Source of the DNA: an uncultured Candidatus Rokubacteria bacterium
Lineage (GTDB): Bacteria; Methylomirabilota; Methylomirabilia; Rokubacteriales; CSP1-6
Length of the DNA: 64,000 nt
Direction: 5' to 3'
NCBI GenBank assembly: GCA_963789955.1
Contig: CAWBMV010000015.1
Coordinates: 224,001-288,000 of the forward strand
The position numbers were made by a program, and so were the translations under genes. This document shows, piece after piece, positions 45,297-54,683 of the stretch (its first letter is position 1; every line of letters starts with the position of its first letter). Below the pieces are notes generated by a model, which was not told the DNA's origin, did no database searches, and was given only the letters and a program-made list of their open reading frames with translations.

Positions 45297-45387
45297 GAGC
45301 CGATCCTCCAGGTCTCGTTTACTGTAGCTGGCTTCCGCGAGCGTTGTCGTCGGCGAGGGCTGTTATAGGGCGCGGTCTCGCTTGCTG

Positions 45388-46290
45388 TCAAGCAAGAGCA
45401 CCGACGTGCCGCGCGTCTCGCACGTGGGCCAGGGCCAGGCCGGCGCCGACCGAGACGAGCCCGAGCACCGCCGGCAGGGAGACGGGCTCGCCGAGCAGCC
45501 AGACCCCGAGCGCGGCCGCGGTGACCGGGCTCAGCGCCAGGAAGGCGGTGACCTGCGTCGGCGGCGCGTGGCTCAGCGCCCAAAGCCAGAGGTAGTAGCC
45601 GCCGCCGCTGCTGAAGCCGATGAACGCCACCGCCAGCCAGCCGCCGGGCGTGAAGTCCGGCCGCGAGGCGAACAGGCCCTCGCCGGCCGCCAGCGGCGTG
45701 AGAAAGACGACCGAGGCGAGCATCGCGAAGGCGCTCACCGGCAAGGTCGGATAGCGCTCCAGATACGGCCGGTAGAGGACGCTGCAGACGGCCCCGCTCA
45801 AGGCGCTCGCGAACACCGCCAGCTCACCGAGCCACATCGGGTCGCCCGCGCCGCGACTGAGCGTCTTCTCACCGAGCGCCAGGCCGACGCCGAGGATAGT
45901 GAGCAAGACGCCCGTCATCTTCGCGGGGGTCAGCCGCTCGCGTCCGAGCGCGGCCGCCACGAGCGAGGTCAGCAAGGGGAACGTGGCGAAGATCAGGGCC
46001 GCGCGCGCCGAGGGGACGGAGCGCAGTCCGTAGTTGAGCAGCGCGATCAGGACGCCGAACTGGGTGATGCCGAGCAGCGCGATCGGCACCAGATCGCGGG
46101 GCGCGAGCCGCACGCGGGATCGGCTCAGGACCACCGCCGGCAGCAGGCAGCAGACGCCGATGCAATAGCGCAGCAGCGCGAGAGACGCGGGGCCGGCCTG
46201 GTCGACGACGAGGCGCGTGGCCACCATGGCCGCGCCCACCTGGATGCCGGTGGCCGCGGCCGCGGCGGCGGGCCAGACACGGCTCGTCAC
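45388..46290 (-). CDS. DMT/EamA family transporter
   Basis: About ten hydrophobic segments; GPASLALLRY, LGRERLT, WLLGEPV. Confidence 0.9.
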   Translation of the reverse strand: MTSRVWPAAAAAATGIQVGAAMVATRLVVDQAGPASLALLRYCIGVCCLLPAVVLSRSRVRLAPRDLVPIALLGITQFGVLIALLNYGLRSVPSARAALIFATFPLLTSLVAAALGRERLTPAKMTGVLLTILGVGLALGEKTLSRGAGDPMWLGELAVFASALSGAVCSVLYRPYLERYPTLPVSAFAMLASVVFLTPLAAGEGLFASRPDFTPGGWLAVAFIGFSSGGGYYLWLWALSHAPPTQVTAFLALSPVTAAALGVWLLGEPVSLPAVLGLVSVGAGLALAHVRDARHVGALA

Positions 46291-47225
46291 AGCGCGAGCT
46301 CCCACGTCTCGCCCACGAGCTCGCGCCCGAAGCTTCGGTGCTTCTCGTGGTGGACCCGCCGGAACCCGGCCGCCTGATAGAGGCGCCGGGCGGCGCGCAG
46401 CACGCTGTTGGTCCACAACGTGATCGTCCGGTAGCCCGCCTGGCGGGCGAAGCGCACGCACTCGGTCACCAGGCGCTCGCCGATGCCGAGCCCGCGCGCC
46501 TTGGGCTCGACCAGGAGCAGACGCAGCTGCGCCACCGAGCGCGACCGGCGCACCAGGAAGACCGAGCCCACGATCTCTCCGTCCTTCTCGGCGATCCAGC
46601 AGCGCTCGCGCCGCGGGTCGTAGCGCTCGACGAACTTCGCCACGACGCCGGCGACGAGCGACTCGAACCGCTCGTCGAAGCCGTACTCCTGCGCGTACAG
46701 CGCCCCGTGGCGATGGACGACCCAGCCCATGTCGCCCGGCTGGTGGGGACGCAAGACGTACGACGCCTTCGACTCGGGCGCGCCGCCCAGCAGCGTCTCG
46801 ATGGTTCGCATCGCGTCGATCAACCGGCGCTGCTCGGCGGGACCGAGCCGCGCCAGCAACCCGCCGATGTCCTGGCGCGATCGCCCGTCGAGCGGCGCGA
46901 ACGCGGCGCGGCCCCGCGCGGTCAGCGCCAGATGACTCTGGCGGCCGTCGGACTTGGACCGGGTCCGGGTGAGCAGCCGGCGCCGCTCGAAGCCGCGGAG
47001 GATGCGGCTCAGGTAGCCCGCGTCGAGCGCCAGCTCGCGCGCCAGCTCGGTCGCCGACGGCCGCTCGCGGTGCGCCAGCTCGTACAGCACCCGCGCCTCG
47101 GTCAGCGAGAACGGCGTCTCGAGATAGCTCTCGCCGAGGAGGCCGATCTGCTTGGTGTAGAACCGGTTGAAGCGACGCACGATCGCGATCCGCTGCTCCG
47201 TCTCGGTCTGCGGCATGATTGCCAT
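46287..47225 (-). CDS. MarR-type HTH regulator fused to a GNAT acetyltransferase
   Basis: VRRFNRFYT, SLTEARVLYEL, LDAGYLSR; GDMGWV, LRLLLVEPKARGLGIG, LWTN. Confidence 0.93.
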   Translation of the reverse strand: MAIMPQTETEQRIAIVRRFNRFYTKQIGLLGESYLETPFSLTEARVLYELAHRERPSATELARELALDAGYLSRILRGFERRRLLTRTRSKSDGRQSHLALTARGRAAFAPLDGRSRQDIGGLLARLGPAEQRRLIDAMRTIETLLGGAPESKASYVLRPHQPGDMGWVVHRHGALYAQEYGFDERFESLVAGVVAKFVERYDPRRERCWIAEKDGEIVGSVFLVRRSRSVAQLRLLLVEPKARGLGIGERLVTECVRFARQAGYRTITLWTNSVLRAARRLYQAAGFRRVHHEKHRSFGRELVGETWELAL

Positions 47226-47253
47226 AGTCAAGTATCAGATTGATTCTGTCAAT
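47219..47253. promoter_or_regulatory. Two imperfect TTGAC-N3-GTCAA palindromes (possible MarR operator)
   Basis: TTGCCATAGTCAA (47219-47231) and ATTGATTCTGTCAAT (47239-47253) in an AT-rich divergent spacer. Confidence 0.45.
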
Positions 47254-47324
47254 GTCACCCGCCATGCCTTGACCGGAGGGGTCGACGCGTGGTACCCCGT
47301 GCTGCATCAGAGGAGGACCGAGCG

Positions 47325-48752
47325 ATGCTGGATCTCGTGATTCGCGGGGGCGACGTGGTGACGCCGCAGGGCGTCGGCCGGTGGGACGTGGCCGTCGAAG
47401 GGGAGCGCATCGTCGCCCTCGGCTTGCCCGAGCACGGGCTGCAGGCCGGACGGGTGATCGACGCCACCGGCAAGATCGTCGTGCCCGGCGGCATCGAGCC
47501 CCACACGCACCTGGCGCACGCCATCTCGATGCAGCCCGAGGAGAACCTCTCGACGCTCGGCCCGGAGGAAGACACGCGCGGGATGGTCTTCGGCGGGACG
47601 ACCACCCACGTCGACTTCTGCTTCGTGAGGCCGGGCACGGATGTGCAGCAGGTGATCGAGACGCGCGCCGCGCGCTGGAAGGGCAACTCGTACGCGGATT
47701 ACTCCTTCCACGTGACGCTCCAGGGGGTCCTGCCCATCAAGCTCTTCGACCAGCTGCCGGAGGCGGTCCAGGCGGGCTTCCCGAGCTTCAAGGTGTTCAC
47801 GGTCGACGTGCTGCCGCCGCATCCCAAGCGCCACCCCTATCGGCTCGACTACGGGCGCATCCAGCTGGCGATGGAGAAGATCGCGCCGCACAACGGGATC
47901 ATGGTGGTGCACGCCGAGGACCACGACATCGTGCAGTTCATGTACGAGAAGTTCCGCGAGGAGAAGCAGACCGACGGCTGGCTCCTGCCGCTCGTGCACA
48001 ACAAGCTCTCCGAGAAGCTCGCGTTTCGCCGCACGATCCAGCTGGCCGCGCACACCGGCGCCGGCGTCTACTTCGTGCACACGTCGGCCCGCGAGGGCGT
48101 GGAGGCCGTCGCCGAGGCGCGCGCCGGGGGCTATCCGATCTACGCGGAGACCTTGCACCACTACGCGTGCTTCAACGCCGAGGACTACAAGAGCCCGCGC
48201 GGGTTCTGCTATCACACGTATCCGTCGCTCAAGTATCCCGAAGACCAGGCGGCGCTCTGGAACGGGCTCGTGCGCGACGGCATCTCGACGACGGCGACCG
48301 ACGAGTTCCCGACGTCGCTGGACGTGAAGCTCCGCGGCCAGGACCTCGAGAACGTGACGGGCGGCAACCTCGGCGCCGAGGCGCGCATGGGGATCGTCTA
48401 CTCCGAAGGCGTCGTGAAGCGGAAGATGCCGCTCGAGCGCTTCGCGGATGTCACCGCCACGAATGCCGCGAAGATCCTCGGCCTCTACCCCAAGAAGGGC
48501 GTCATCGCGCCCGGCAGCGACGCCGACATCGCGATCATCGATCCGGCGATCAAGAAGACACTGGCGCGCGAAGATTTCCACGTCAGCGACTACAGCCCCT
48601 GGGAAGGCTGGGCGATCCAGGGCTGGCCGGTGACGACGATCCTGCGCGGGCGGGTGGTCGTGGAGAATCGGCGCATGGTCTCCGACAGTCGCGACGGCAA
48701 GCTCGTGGCGCGCAAGATCTCGCCCGAGGTGCTGCGCCGCCCGGCCTGTTGA
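47325..48752 (+). CDS. Dihydropyrimidinase/hydantoinase-like amidohydrolase
   Basis: PGGIEPHTH, GGTTT, SFKVF, VHAED, YFVH, ATD, GSDADI. Confidence 0.92.
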   Translation: MLDLVIRGGDVVTPQGVGRWDVAVEGERIVALGLPEHGLQAGRVIDATGKIVVPGGIEPHTHLAHAISMQPEENLSTLGPEEDTRGMVFGGTTTHVDFCFVRPGTDVQQVIETRAARWKGNSYADYSFHVTLQGVLPIKLFDQLPEAVQAGFPSFKVFTVDVLPPHPKRHPYRLDYGRIQLAMEKIAPHNGIMVVHAEDHDIVQFMYEKFREEKQTDGWLLPLVHNKLSEKLAFRRTIQLAAHTGAGVYFVHTSAREGVEAVAEARAGGYPIYAETLHHYACFNAEDYKSPRGFCYHTYPSLKYPEDQAALWNGLVRDGISTTATDEFPTSLDVKLRGQDLENVTGGNLGAEARMGIVYSEGVVKRKMPLERFADVTATNAAKILGLYPKKGVIAPGSDADIAIIDPAIKKTLAREDFHVSDYSPWEGWAIQGWPVTTILRGRVVVENRRMVSDSRDGKLVARKISPEVLRRPAC

Positions 48753-48774
48753 GAACTCGGGCGCGGATCGCGCG

Positions 48775-48963
48775 GTGAGGGAGCTGACCGCCGAACAGGT
48801 CGGCGCGCTGGCGGCGGCGCTCGATCTGCCCGTCACGCCCGAGGACGTGACGGAGGTGACCCATCGGCTCAACGCGCTGATCGAAGCGCTGGCCCCGCTG
48901 GCCGGGTTGCCGCTGGAGACGGTCGAGCCCGTCCCCGGCTTCGGCGACCCGTCTCCTTCGTGA
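48775..48963 (+). CDS. Small GatC/AtzG-like accessory protein
   Basis: 62-aa acidic helical ORF (LAAALDL...LETVEP) immediately before an amidase. Confidence 0.65.
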   Translation: MRELTAEQVGALAAALDLPVTPEDVTEVTHRLNALIEALAPLAGLPLETVEPVPGFGDPSPS

Positions 48964-48993
48964 CCGCAGGTCGCGGATGACCGCGAGTCGGGT

Positions 48994-50424
48994 ATGACGG
49001 CCGATCGGGCCGACGTCGCGTTTCTGGGCGTCCGGCGGCTCGCCGCTCTCGTGCGCGAGCGTAAGGCGTCGCCGGTCGAGATCACTCGGGTCTTCCTCGA
49101 GCGCATCGAGCGGCTCGATTCCCGGCTCCGGGCCTACATCACGGTGCTCCCGGACGCGGCGCTCGCCGCGGCGAGCCGGGCGGAAACCGCCGTGATGCGC
49201 GGCGAGACCTTGGGCCCGCTCCACGGGGTTCCCTACGCGGTGAAGGATCAATTCGACACCGCCGGCGTCCGCACGACGTCGGGCTCACGGATCCTCGAAA
49301 ATCACGTGCCGGTCGAGGACGCGACGACGATCTCGCGCCTGAACGCGGCGGGCGGCGTCCTGCTGGGCAAGCTGAACCTGACCGAGTTCGCCCTCGGTGG
49401 CACGCAGCAATTTCCGTTCGGCCAGCCGCGGAACCCGTGGAATCTCGACCACGATCCCGGCGGCTCTTCGTCGGGCTCGGGTATCGCGGTCGCCGCCGGC
49501 CTCTGCGCCGCGTCGCTCGGCGAGGACACCGGCGGCTCGGTGCGGTCACCCGCGTCGTTCTGCGGCGTCGTCGGGCTTCGCCCGACGTGGAGCCGTGTGT
49601 CCCGGCACGGCTCGTTTCCGCTGAGCTGGTCGATGGACACTCCCGGCCCGCTCGCCCGAACCGTCGAAGACGCGGCGTGCTTGCTCCAGGCGATCGCGGG
49701 ATACGACGCCAGGGATCCGCTCTCGAGCCGCGTCCCGGTGCCGGACTACACGCGGGCGCTCGCCGGCGGAGTGCGGGGGCTTCGCATCGGGATCATCCGC
49801 GAGCTGACCGTCGGCCCTGAGACCGACGGCGAGGTGAGGGAGGCCGTCGTCGAGGCGGCGCGGCGACTCGAGCAGCTGGGCGCCGTCACCGAGGAGATCT
49901 CATTGCGCCTCGTCCCGCTGGCCGGCGCGATCTTCATGGCGCTGGCCGACTCCGACGGCGCCGGCGTGCACTACGGCTGGCTCCGCACGCGCGCGGCTGA
50001 CTACGATCAGGGGACGCGCCGCCGCCTCCTGACCGCCAGCCTGATTCCGGCGGCGATCCAGCAGCGGGCGGCGCGGGCGCGCGCGCTGCTCCGCGCCGAG
50101 ATGCTCGACGCGTTCGCGCGTCACGATCTGCTCCTGTGCCCGACCGCGCACCAGGCGGCCCCGCCCATCGCCGCCGCGCGCGGCGTCATCACGAGCCGGC
50201 ACGAAGTGGCCGGGCGCTTCTTCACGCGGCGCTCCTACGTGACCCCCGCCGCGCTCGCCGGGCTACCGGCGATCGCCGTGCCGTGTGGTTTCACCCGATC
50301 GGGAATGCCGCTGAGCCTGCAGCTGATCGCGCGTCACTTCGACGAAGCCACGTTGCTTCGCGCGGCGCACACGTACGAGCAGCAGTGCGAATGGTGGACG
50401 CGGCGACCGCCCGAAGCGAGCTGA
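48994..50424 (+). CDS. Amidase (amidase-signature family)
   Basis: LHGVPYAVKD, GGSSSGS, DTGGSVRSPA. Confidence 0.94.
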   Translation: MTADRADVAFLGVRRLAALVRERKASPVEITRVFLERIERLDSRLRAYITVLPDAALAAASRAETAVMRGETLGPLHGVPYAVKDQFDTAGVRTTSGSRILENHVPVEDATTISRLNAAGGVLLGKLNLTEFALGGTQQFPFGQPRNPWNLDHDPGGSSSGSGIAVAAGLCAASLGEDTGGSVRSPASFCGVVGLRPTWSRVSRHGSFPLSWSMDTPGPLARTVEDAACLLQAIAGYDARDPLSSRVPVPDYTRALAGGVRGLRIGIIRELTVGPETDGEVREAVVEAARRLEQLGAVTEEISLRLVPLAGAIFMALADSDGAGVHYGWLRTRAADYDQGTRRRLLTASLIPAAIQQRAARARALLRAEMLDAFARHDLLLCPTAHQAAPPIAAARGVITSRHEVAGRFFTRRSYVTPAALAGLPAIAVPCGFTRSGMPLSLQLIARHFDEATLLRAAHTYEQQCEWWTRRPPEAS

Positions 50425-50443
50425 GAGGAGCGAGCCAGCGTCC

Positions 50444-52393
50444 TCAGGCGGTGGCGGCGGGGAGCTCGACGATGAAGGCGGCGCCGCCTTCCGGGCGGTT
50501 GACGGCCTTCAGCGATCCCTGGTGCTGCTCGACGATGGAATAGGAGACCCAGAGGCCGAGCCCCGTGCCCTCGCCGGGCGCCTTCGTCGTGGTGAAGGCC
50601 TCGAAGATGCGTGGCAGCACGTTGGGATGGATGCCGGGGCCGGAGTCGAGCACTTCCAGGCGAACGTTCGGCCCGCCGGGCTCGGACAGCCGCACGATGA
50701 TCTCGCGCTCGCCCTTGTGGTTGGCCATCGCCTGGTGCGCGTTCTGGACGAGATTGAGGAGCACCTGCTGGATCTGACCCTCGTCGGCCAGGACCGGCCG
50801 AACGTCCCCGAAGTCGGTGACGACCTTCACGCTGTCTCGCCGGAACTGGTGGGCTTTGAGCTCGACCACCCACTGGATCTGATCCTCGAGACGGCAGGGA
50901 TGCCGCTCGGCGGAGTGCCCGCTGGTGAACCGCAACAGGTTCTGGAGCATCTGCGCCGCGCGCGACGTCTCCTGCACGATCGTGTGCAACCGCTCGCGGC
51001 TCTTCGCGGGACCGTCCGAGCCCATGAGCAGGAGCTCCGCCTGCCCGAGGATCGCGGTCAGGCGATTGCGCGTCTCGTGCGCGAGACCGGCCGCGAGCTT
51101 GCCCACGGTCGAGAGCTTGTCGCCCTCGATGAGCTGAGCCTCGGCCGACTTGAGATCGTCGAGCTGGCGCCGTGTCGCCGAGTAGAGCTGCGCGTTCTGC
51201 AGGGCGAGACCGATCTGGTTGGCGCACGCCTCGACGAGCGCGATCTCGGATTCGGTGAACGCCTCGGGCGTGCGGCGGCCGAGCGAGAGCGCGCCGAGGA
51301 TCCGTCCCCGGCTGTGGATCGGCACGCACACGAAGGCGTGGATCCCTTCCTGGGTGACGGCCGCCCGCGCCGCCGGGAGCAGATCGACGGACTCGCTGAC
51401 GTGCGCCCAGTGCAAGGTCTTGCCGGTGGCGGCCACGCCGCCGATGAGCCCTTGCCCGGTCGGGAGCACGCGATTGATCTCGCGCAGCCGCGGCCGCAGG
51501 CCCCGGTCGCCGCGCAGGTGCAGGGTCGTGCCGTCCGCCGACAGCAGGTGCAGGCTCGAGATCTCGTGGCCGGTGACGTGCGTGAGCGCGTCGAGCGCGA
51601 TGCGCAGGACCTCGTCGACGTCCAGGGTGGCGCTGATCGCCTCGCCGATGCGGTGCAGGATGCGCACGTGCGACTCGACGTCGACGGTCGGCGCGCCGAC
51701 CGATCGTCGGACGAACTCGCCGAGCTCCTGGAGTCGCTCGTCGCTGTGGTCCTTGAAGGCGAACGCGTAGCCCTCGTCGTCGGCGCGCACGAGGATCGAC
51801 GGAACCTCGAGCTGCGTGTCGCTCTCGGGCAAGGTGATCGAGAGCGTCGCGACGCCGCCGGAGCGGCGCGCGCCGTTCGCGCGCACCTTGATGCCGGAGG
51901 CGCTGAGGTTGACCGAGGTGGATTCCCACACGTCGCCGCTCTGCTCGCGGATCTGGACCGGCAGCGAGAGCATGGCCCGCGGCGCCCGCCGCCGCTCGGA
52001 GTCGACCTCGTCGACCTTCGGCTTGCGCGGCGCTTTCGCCGGTGTCTCGAAGCACGCCAGGGCCTCTTGCAGGCGACGGAGCGCGACGGGCTTGCCGATG
52101 AAATCGAAGGCACCCGCCCGCATGGCCTCCTGCGCCTGGCTTTCGGTCGCGCGTCCAGAGATGACGAGGATCGGGACGCGCAGGTCGCGGACCGTCTCGA
52201 GCTTCATGAAGTCGAGCCCGCTCATGCCGGGCAGGCACACGTCGAGGAGAACCGCATCCGGGCGTTCAGCGCTGAGTGTGTCGAGCGCCGTTTCGGCCGT
52301 GTGGGCGATGACGGGCTCGTGGCCGATCTCGTGGAGGAACTCCCCGAAGACCTCGCAGACCGCCTGATCGTCGTCGATGACCAATACGCGCAT
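50444..52393 (-). CDS. Hybrid sensor kinase: REC-PilZ-GAF-HisKA-HATPase
   Basis: VLVIDD/LLDVCLPG/GKP; RRRAPR and NLSASG; GAF GQGLIG..CVPI; AHETRN; NLVQNA, DSGPG, GTGLGL. Confidence 0.92.
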   Translation of the reverse strand: MRVLVIDDDQAVCEVFGEFLHEIGHEPVIAHTAETALDTLSAERPDAVLLDVCLPGMSGLDFMKLETVRDLRVPILVISGRATESQAQEAMRAGAFDFIGKPVALRRLQEALACFETPAKAPRKPKVDEVDSERRRAPRAMLSLPVQIREQSGDVWESTSVNLSASGIKVRANGARRSGGVATLSITLPESDTQLEVPSILVRADDEGYAFAFKDHSDERLQELGEFVRRSVGAPTVDVESHVRILHRIGEAISATLDVDEVLRIALDALTHVTGHEISSLHLLSADGTTLHLRGDRGLRPRLREINRVLPTGQGLIGGVAATGKTLHWAHVSESVDLLPAARAAVTQEGIHAFVCVPIHSRGRILGALSLGRRTPEAFTESEIALVEACANQIGLALQNAQLYSATRRQLDDLKSAEAQLIEGDKLSTVGKLAAGLAHETRNRLTAILGQAELLLMGSDGPAKSRERLHTIVQETSRAAQMLQNLLRFTSGHSAERHPCRLEDQIQWVVELKAHQFRRDSVKVVTDFGDVRPVLADEGQIQQVLLNLVQNAHQAMANHKGEREIIVRLSEPGGPNVRLEVLDSGPGIHPNVLPRIFEAFTTTKAPGEGTGLGLWVSYSIVEQHQGSLKAVNRPEGGAAFIVELPAATA

Positions 52394-52572
52394 AGGGTTC
52401 GCCGTGAACGGCTACCCCTTCTTCCAGCAATCGGCGTACCACTGGTAAGAGATTGGTAAGTGGCTATTAAATATGCTGATTCCAGAAATTCCAACGCGCT
52501 AAACGTGGATGATCCGGGCTCAGCGCTGGGAGATTCCTGGCCGTTCGGAGCGGATCAGGGCGACGAGCCAGA

Positions 52573-53361
52573 TCAGAACGCGGTCGGACGAAGCCCCATC
52601 GGGAGCGCGATCTTGTAGTACGAGCCGAGGAATCCTTCCCACCACGCCTGCCGCTCGCCGCCGCGAGCCACCTCGGAGAAGAGGCGCAGGCTGTCGTCCT
52701 GCCACTGCTGGATCGTCTCGAGATTGCCCGGGTCGTCCTCGATCAGCGCCTTCACCAGGGCGCGGCCGTAGCTGATGTGGCGGGTCTCGTCGCGAATGCG
52801 CGCTCGATGGTTCACCGCCGACAGGACGTCGCCGCGCGCCTCGGCGCCGTCCGCCAGGACCGTGAACGTGCCCGGCCCCGCGGCGCCCTCGGCGACGAAG
52901 TTGCCCTTCACGAGGATCTCGATGGAGTCCTCGAGCTCGAGCAGGTGGCGGAAGAAACGGCAGGTCGTTCCCGGCGACTCCCACGCGGCGAGCCAGTCGC
53001 GCTCGGGGATGCCGGCCCGCTCGAACACCTCGCGATCCATCTCCAGATGGCGCTGCTCGTCGGCCAGCTGGAACAGCGCCGACTTCTTCAGCTCGTCGAA
53101 CGGGGCGTTGGCGGCGGCGGTCGCGACGTAGTGTGTCGCGGACAGCTCGGAATAGTAGTTGTTGGCGAACTGGTCGACGGCGTTCTCGAGATAGCGCGGG
53201 CTGACGTTCTTGTAGTTCAGGGTGTCGTCGGGGATGCTCGCACGCTCGGCGAGATACCGCTCGCGCTCGCGAGCCTGCATGCTGACGTAGCGCTCCCAGC
53301 TGAGATTCGCCGGGTCGCTGAACAACGCCGTGTTCTTGAGGACGAGCCGCTTGCGCGCCAT
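52573..53361 (-). CDS. Ferritin-like di-iron protein resembling a minimal soluble di-iron monooxygenase alpha subunit
   Basis: E...DEQRH...E...DETRH ligand pattern; own AGAGGAGG RBS; 262 aa. Confidence 0.82.
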   Translation of the reverse strand: MARKRLVLKNTALFSDPANLSWERYVSMQARERERYLAERASIPDDTLNYKNVSPRYLENAVDQFANNYYSELSATHYVATAAANAPFDELKKSALFQLADEQRHLEMDREVFERAGIPERDWLAAWESPGTTCRFFRHLLELEDSIEILVKGNFVAEGAAGPGTFTVLADGAEARGDVLSAVNHRARIRDETRHISYGRALVKALIEDDPGNLETIQQWQDDSLRLFSEVARGGERQAWWEGFLGSYYKIALPMGLRPTAF

Positions 53362-53380
53362 CGCGCCTCCTCTATATGCG

Positions 53381-54429
53381 TTATGGCGCCCGGGCCCGCG
53401 CTCCATCGAGTAGGGCTGCCAGCGCACGAGCGTGCTCCGCTCGAGGACCGACGGATTCACGCAGCTCCGCGGCCAGCGGCCGCCGAGCACGAGCGCGATC
53501 TCCTGACCGACCCGACGCTTGCGCACGGGATCGAACCTCGCGGACGCGGAGGCCACGTGCGGCGTCAGGATGACGTTGTCCATCTTCAGGAGCGGATTGT
53601 TGTTGTCGGGCGGCTCCTGCTCGAGCACGTCGAGGCCGGCCGCGGCGATCCAGCCTTCCTTCAGCGCCTTGATGAGCGCCGGCTCGTCGGTCGTCGGGCC
53701 GCGCCCGGTGCTGATGAAGAGCGCCTCTGGCTTCATGAGCCGGAAGTGGTGCTCCGTCATCAGATGGTGGGCGTCGGCGGTCGCCGGCGCGTGCATCGAG
53801 ACGATGTCCGAGCGCTGCAGCAGCTCGGTGAGGTTCACGGGCTCGACGCCGTACTGACTGACGACCAGCTCCTCGACGTACGGATCGTACGCGAGGATGT
53901 GGAACCCGAAGGCGCGCGCCCGCACCGCGACCGCGCGAGCCACGTGGCCGAAGGCGATGAGACCGAGGGTCTGGCCCATCAGGCGCGGGAACTGGGACAG
54001 GATCGGCCGGCCCTCCGCCCAGCGTCCGTCGCGGACCATCCGGTCCATCGTCGTGAGGCGGCGATACGTGGCCAGGATCAGCATCATGGCGTGGTCGGCG
54101 ACTTCCTCGATGAACGTGTCGGGCACATTGGTGACCGGGATGCCGCGGGCCGTCGCCGCGTCGACGTCGACCGAGTCGACGCCCACGCTGCCGAGTGAGA
54201 TCACCTTGCACCGCTCGAGCCCGTCGATCATGCGCTTGGTGATACGGCGTCCCTTCGCGTAGAGGGCGTCCGCGTCACGCGCTTCCTTGACGAACTCCTC
54301 GTCGGTCTTGGCCGCGATCTCGACGATCTCGGCGTCGATCGGCGCGAGGGCCTCCATCTCGAGCTTGTAGCCCGCGCCGGGCACCGCATAGCTTGCACCG
54401 CTCGGGGTGACCACCTTGAACTTCGCCAC
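53381..54429 (-). CDS. D-2-hydroxyacid dehydrogenase (CtBP-like)
   Basis: VTNVPD, EEVADH, IAFGHVA, STGRG, AGLDVLEQEP, TPHVA; GTG start with GAGGAGG; stop one nt out of frame. Confidence 0.92.
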
Positions 54430-54683
54430 GCTCGTCTCCTCCTCAGTCGTCTTCGGTCTCGGCTTCTGGTCGGCCCGACCGGCCGTCCTGCGCTCGCGCA
54501 TTGTCGCACAGGCCGCAGCCGCGCGGTGGCCGCCAATCCCTGGCGTCCCGGGCCCGATCATCGCACATTCCCGCGCGCCGGGCGCGCGCACTGCGCGGCT
54601 TGCGTGGTTTCCGACTCTTGCCCTAGTATTTCGCCCATACTGTGCGGTACCAGACTGACGGGGCCCGAACCCTCCGGAGGACC

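Noticed and set aside
48994..50424. gatCAB operon
   Set aside because: No gatB, and the context is catabolic.
52440..52500. AT-rich patch with TGGTAAG direct repeat upstream of the kinase
   Set aside because: Probably ordinary promoter DNA; too short to support a specific site or foreign origin.
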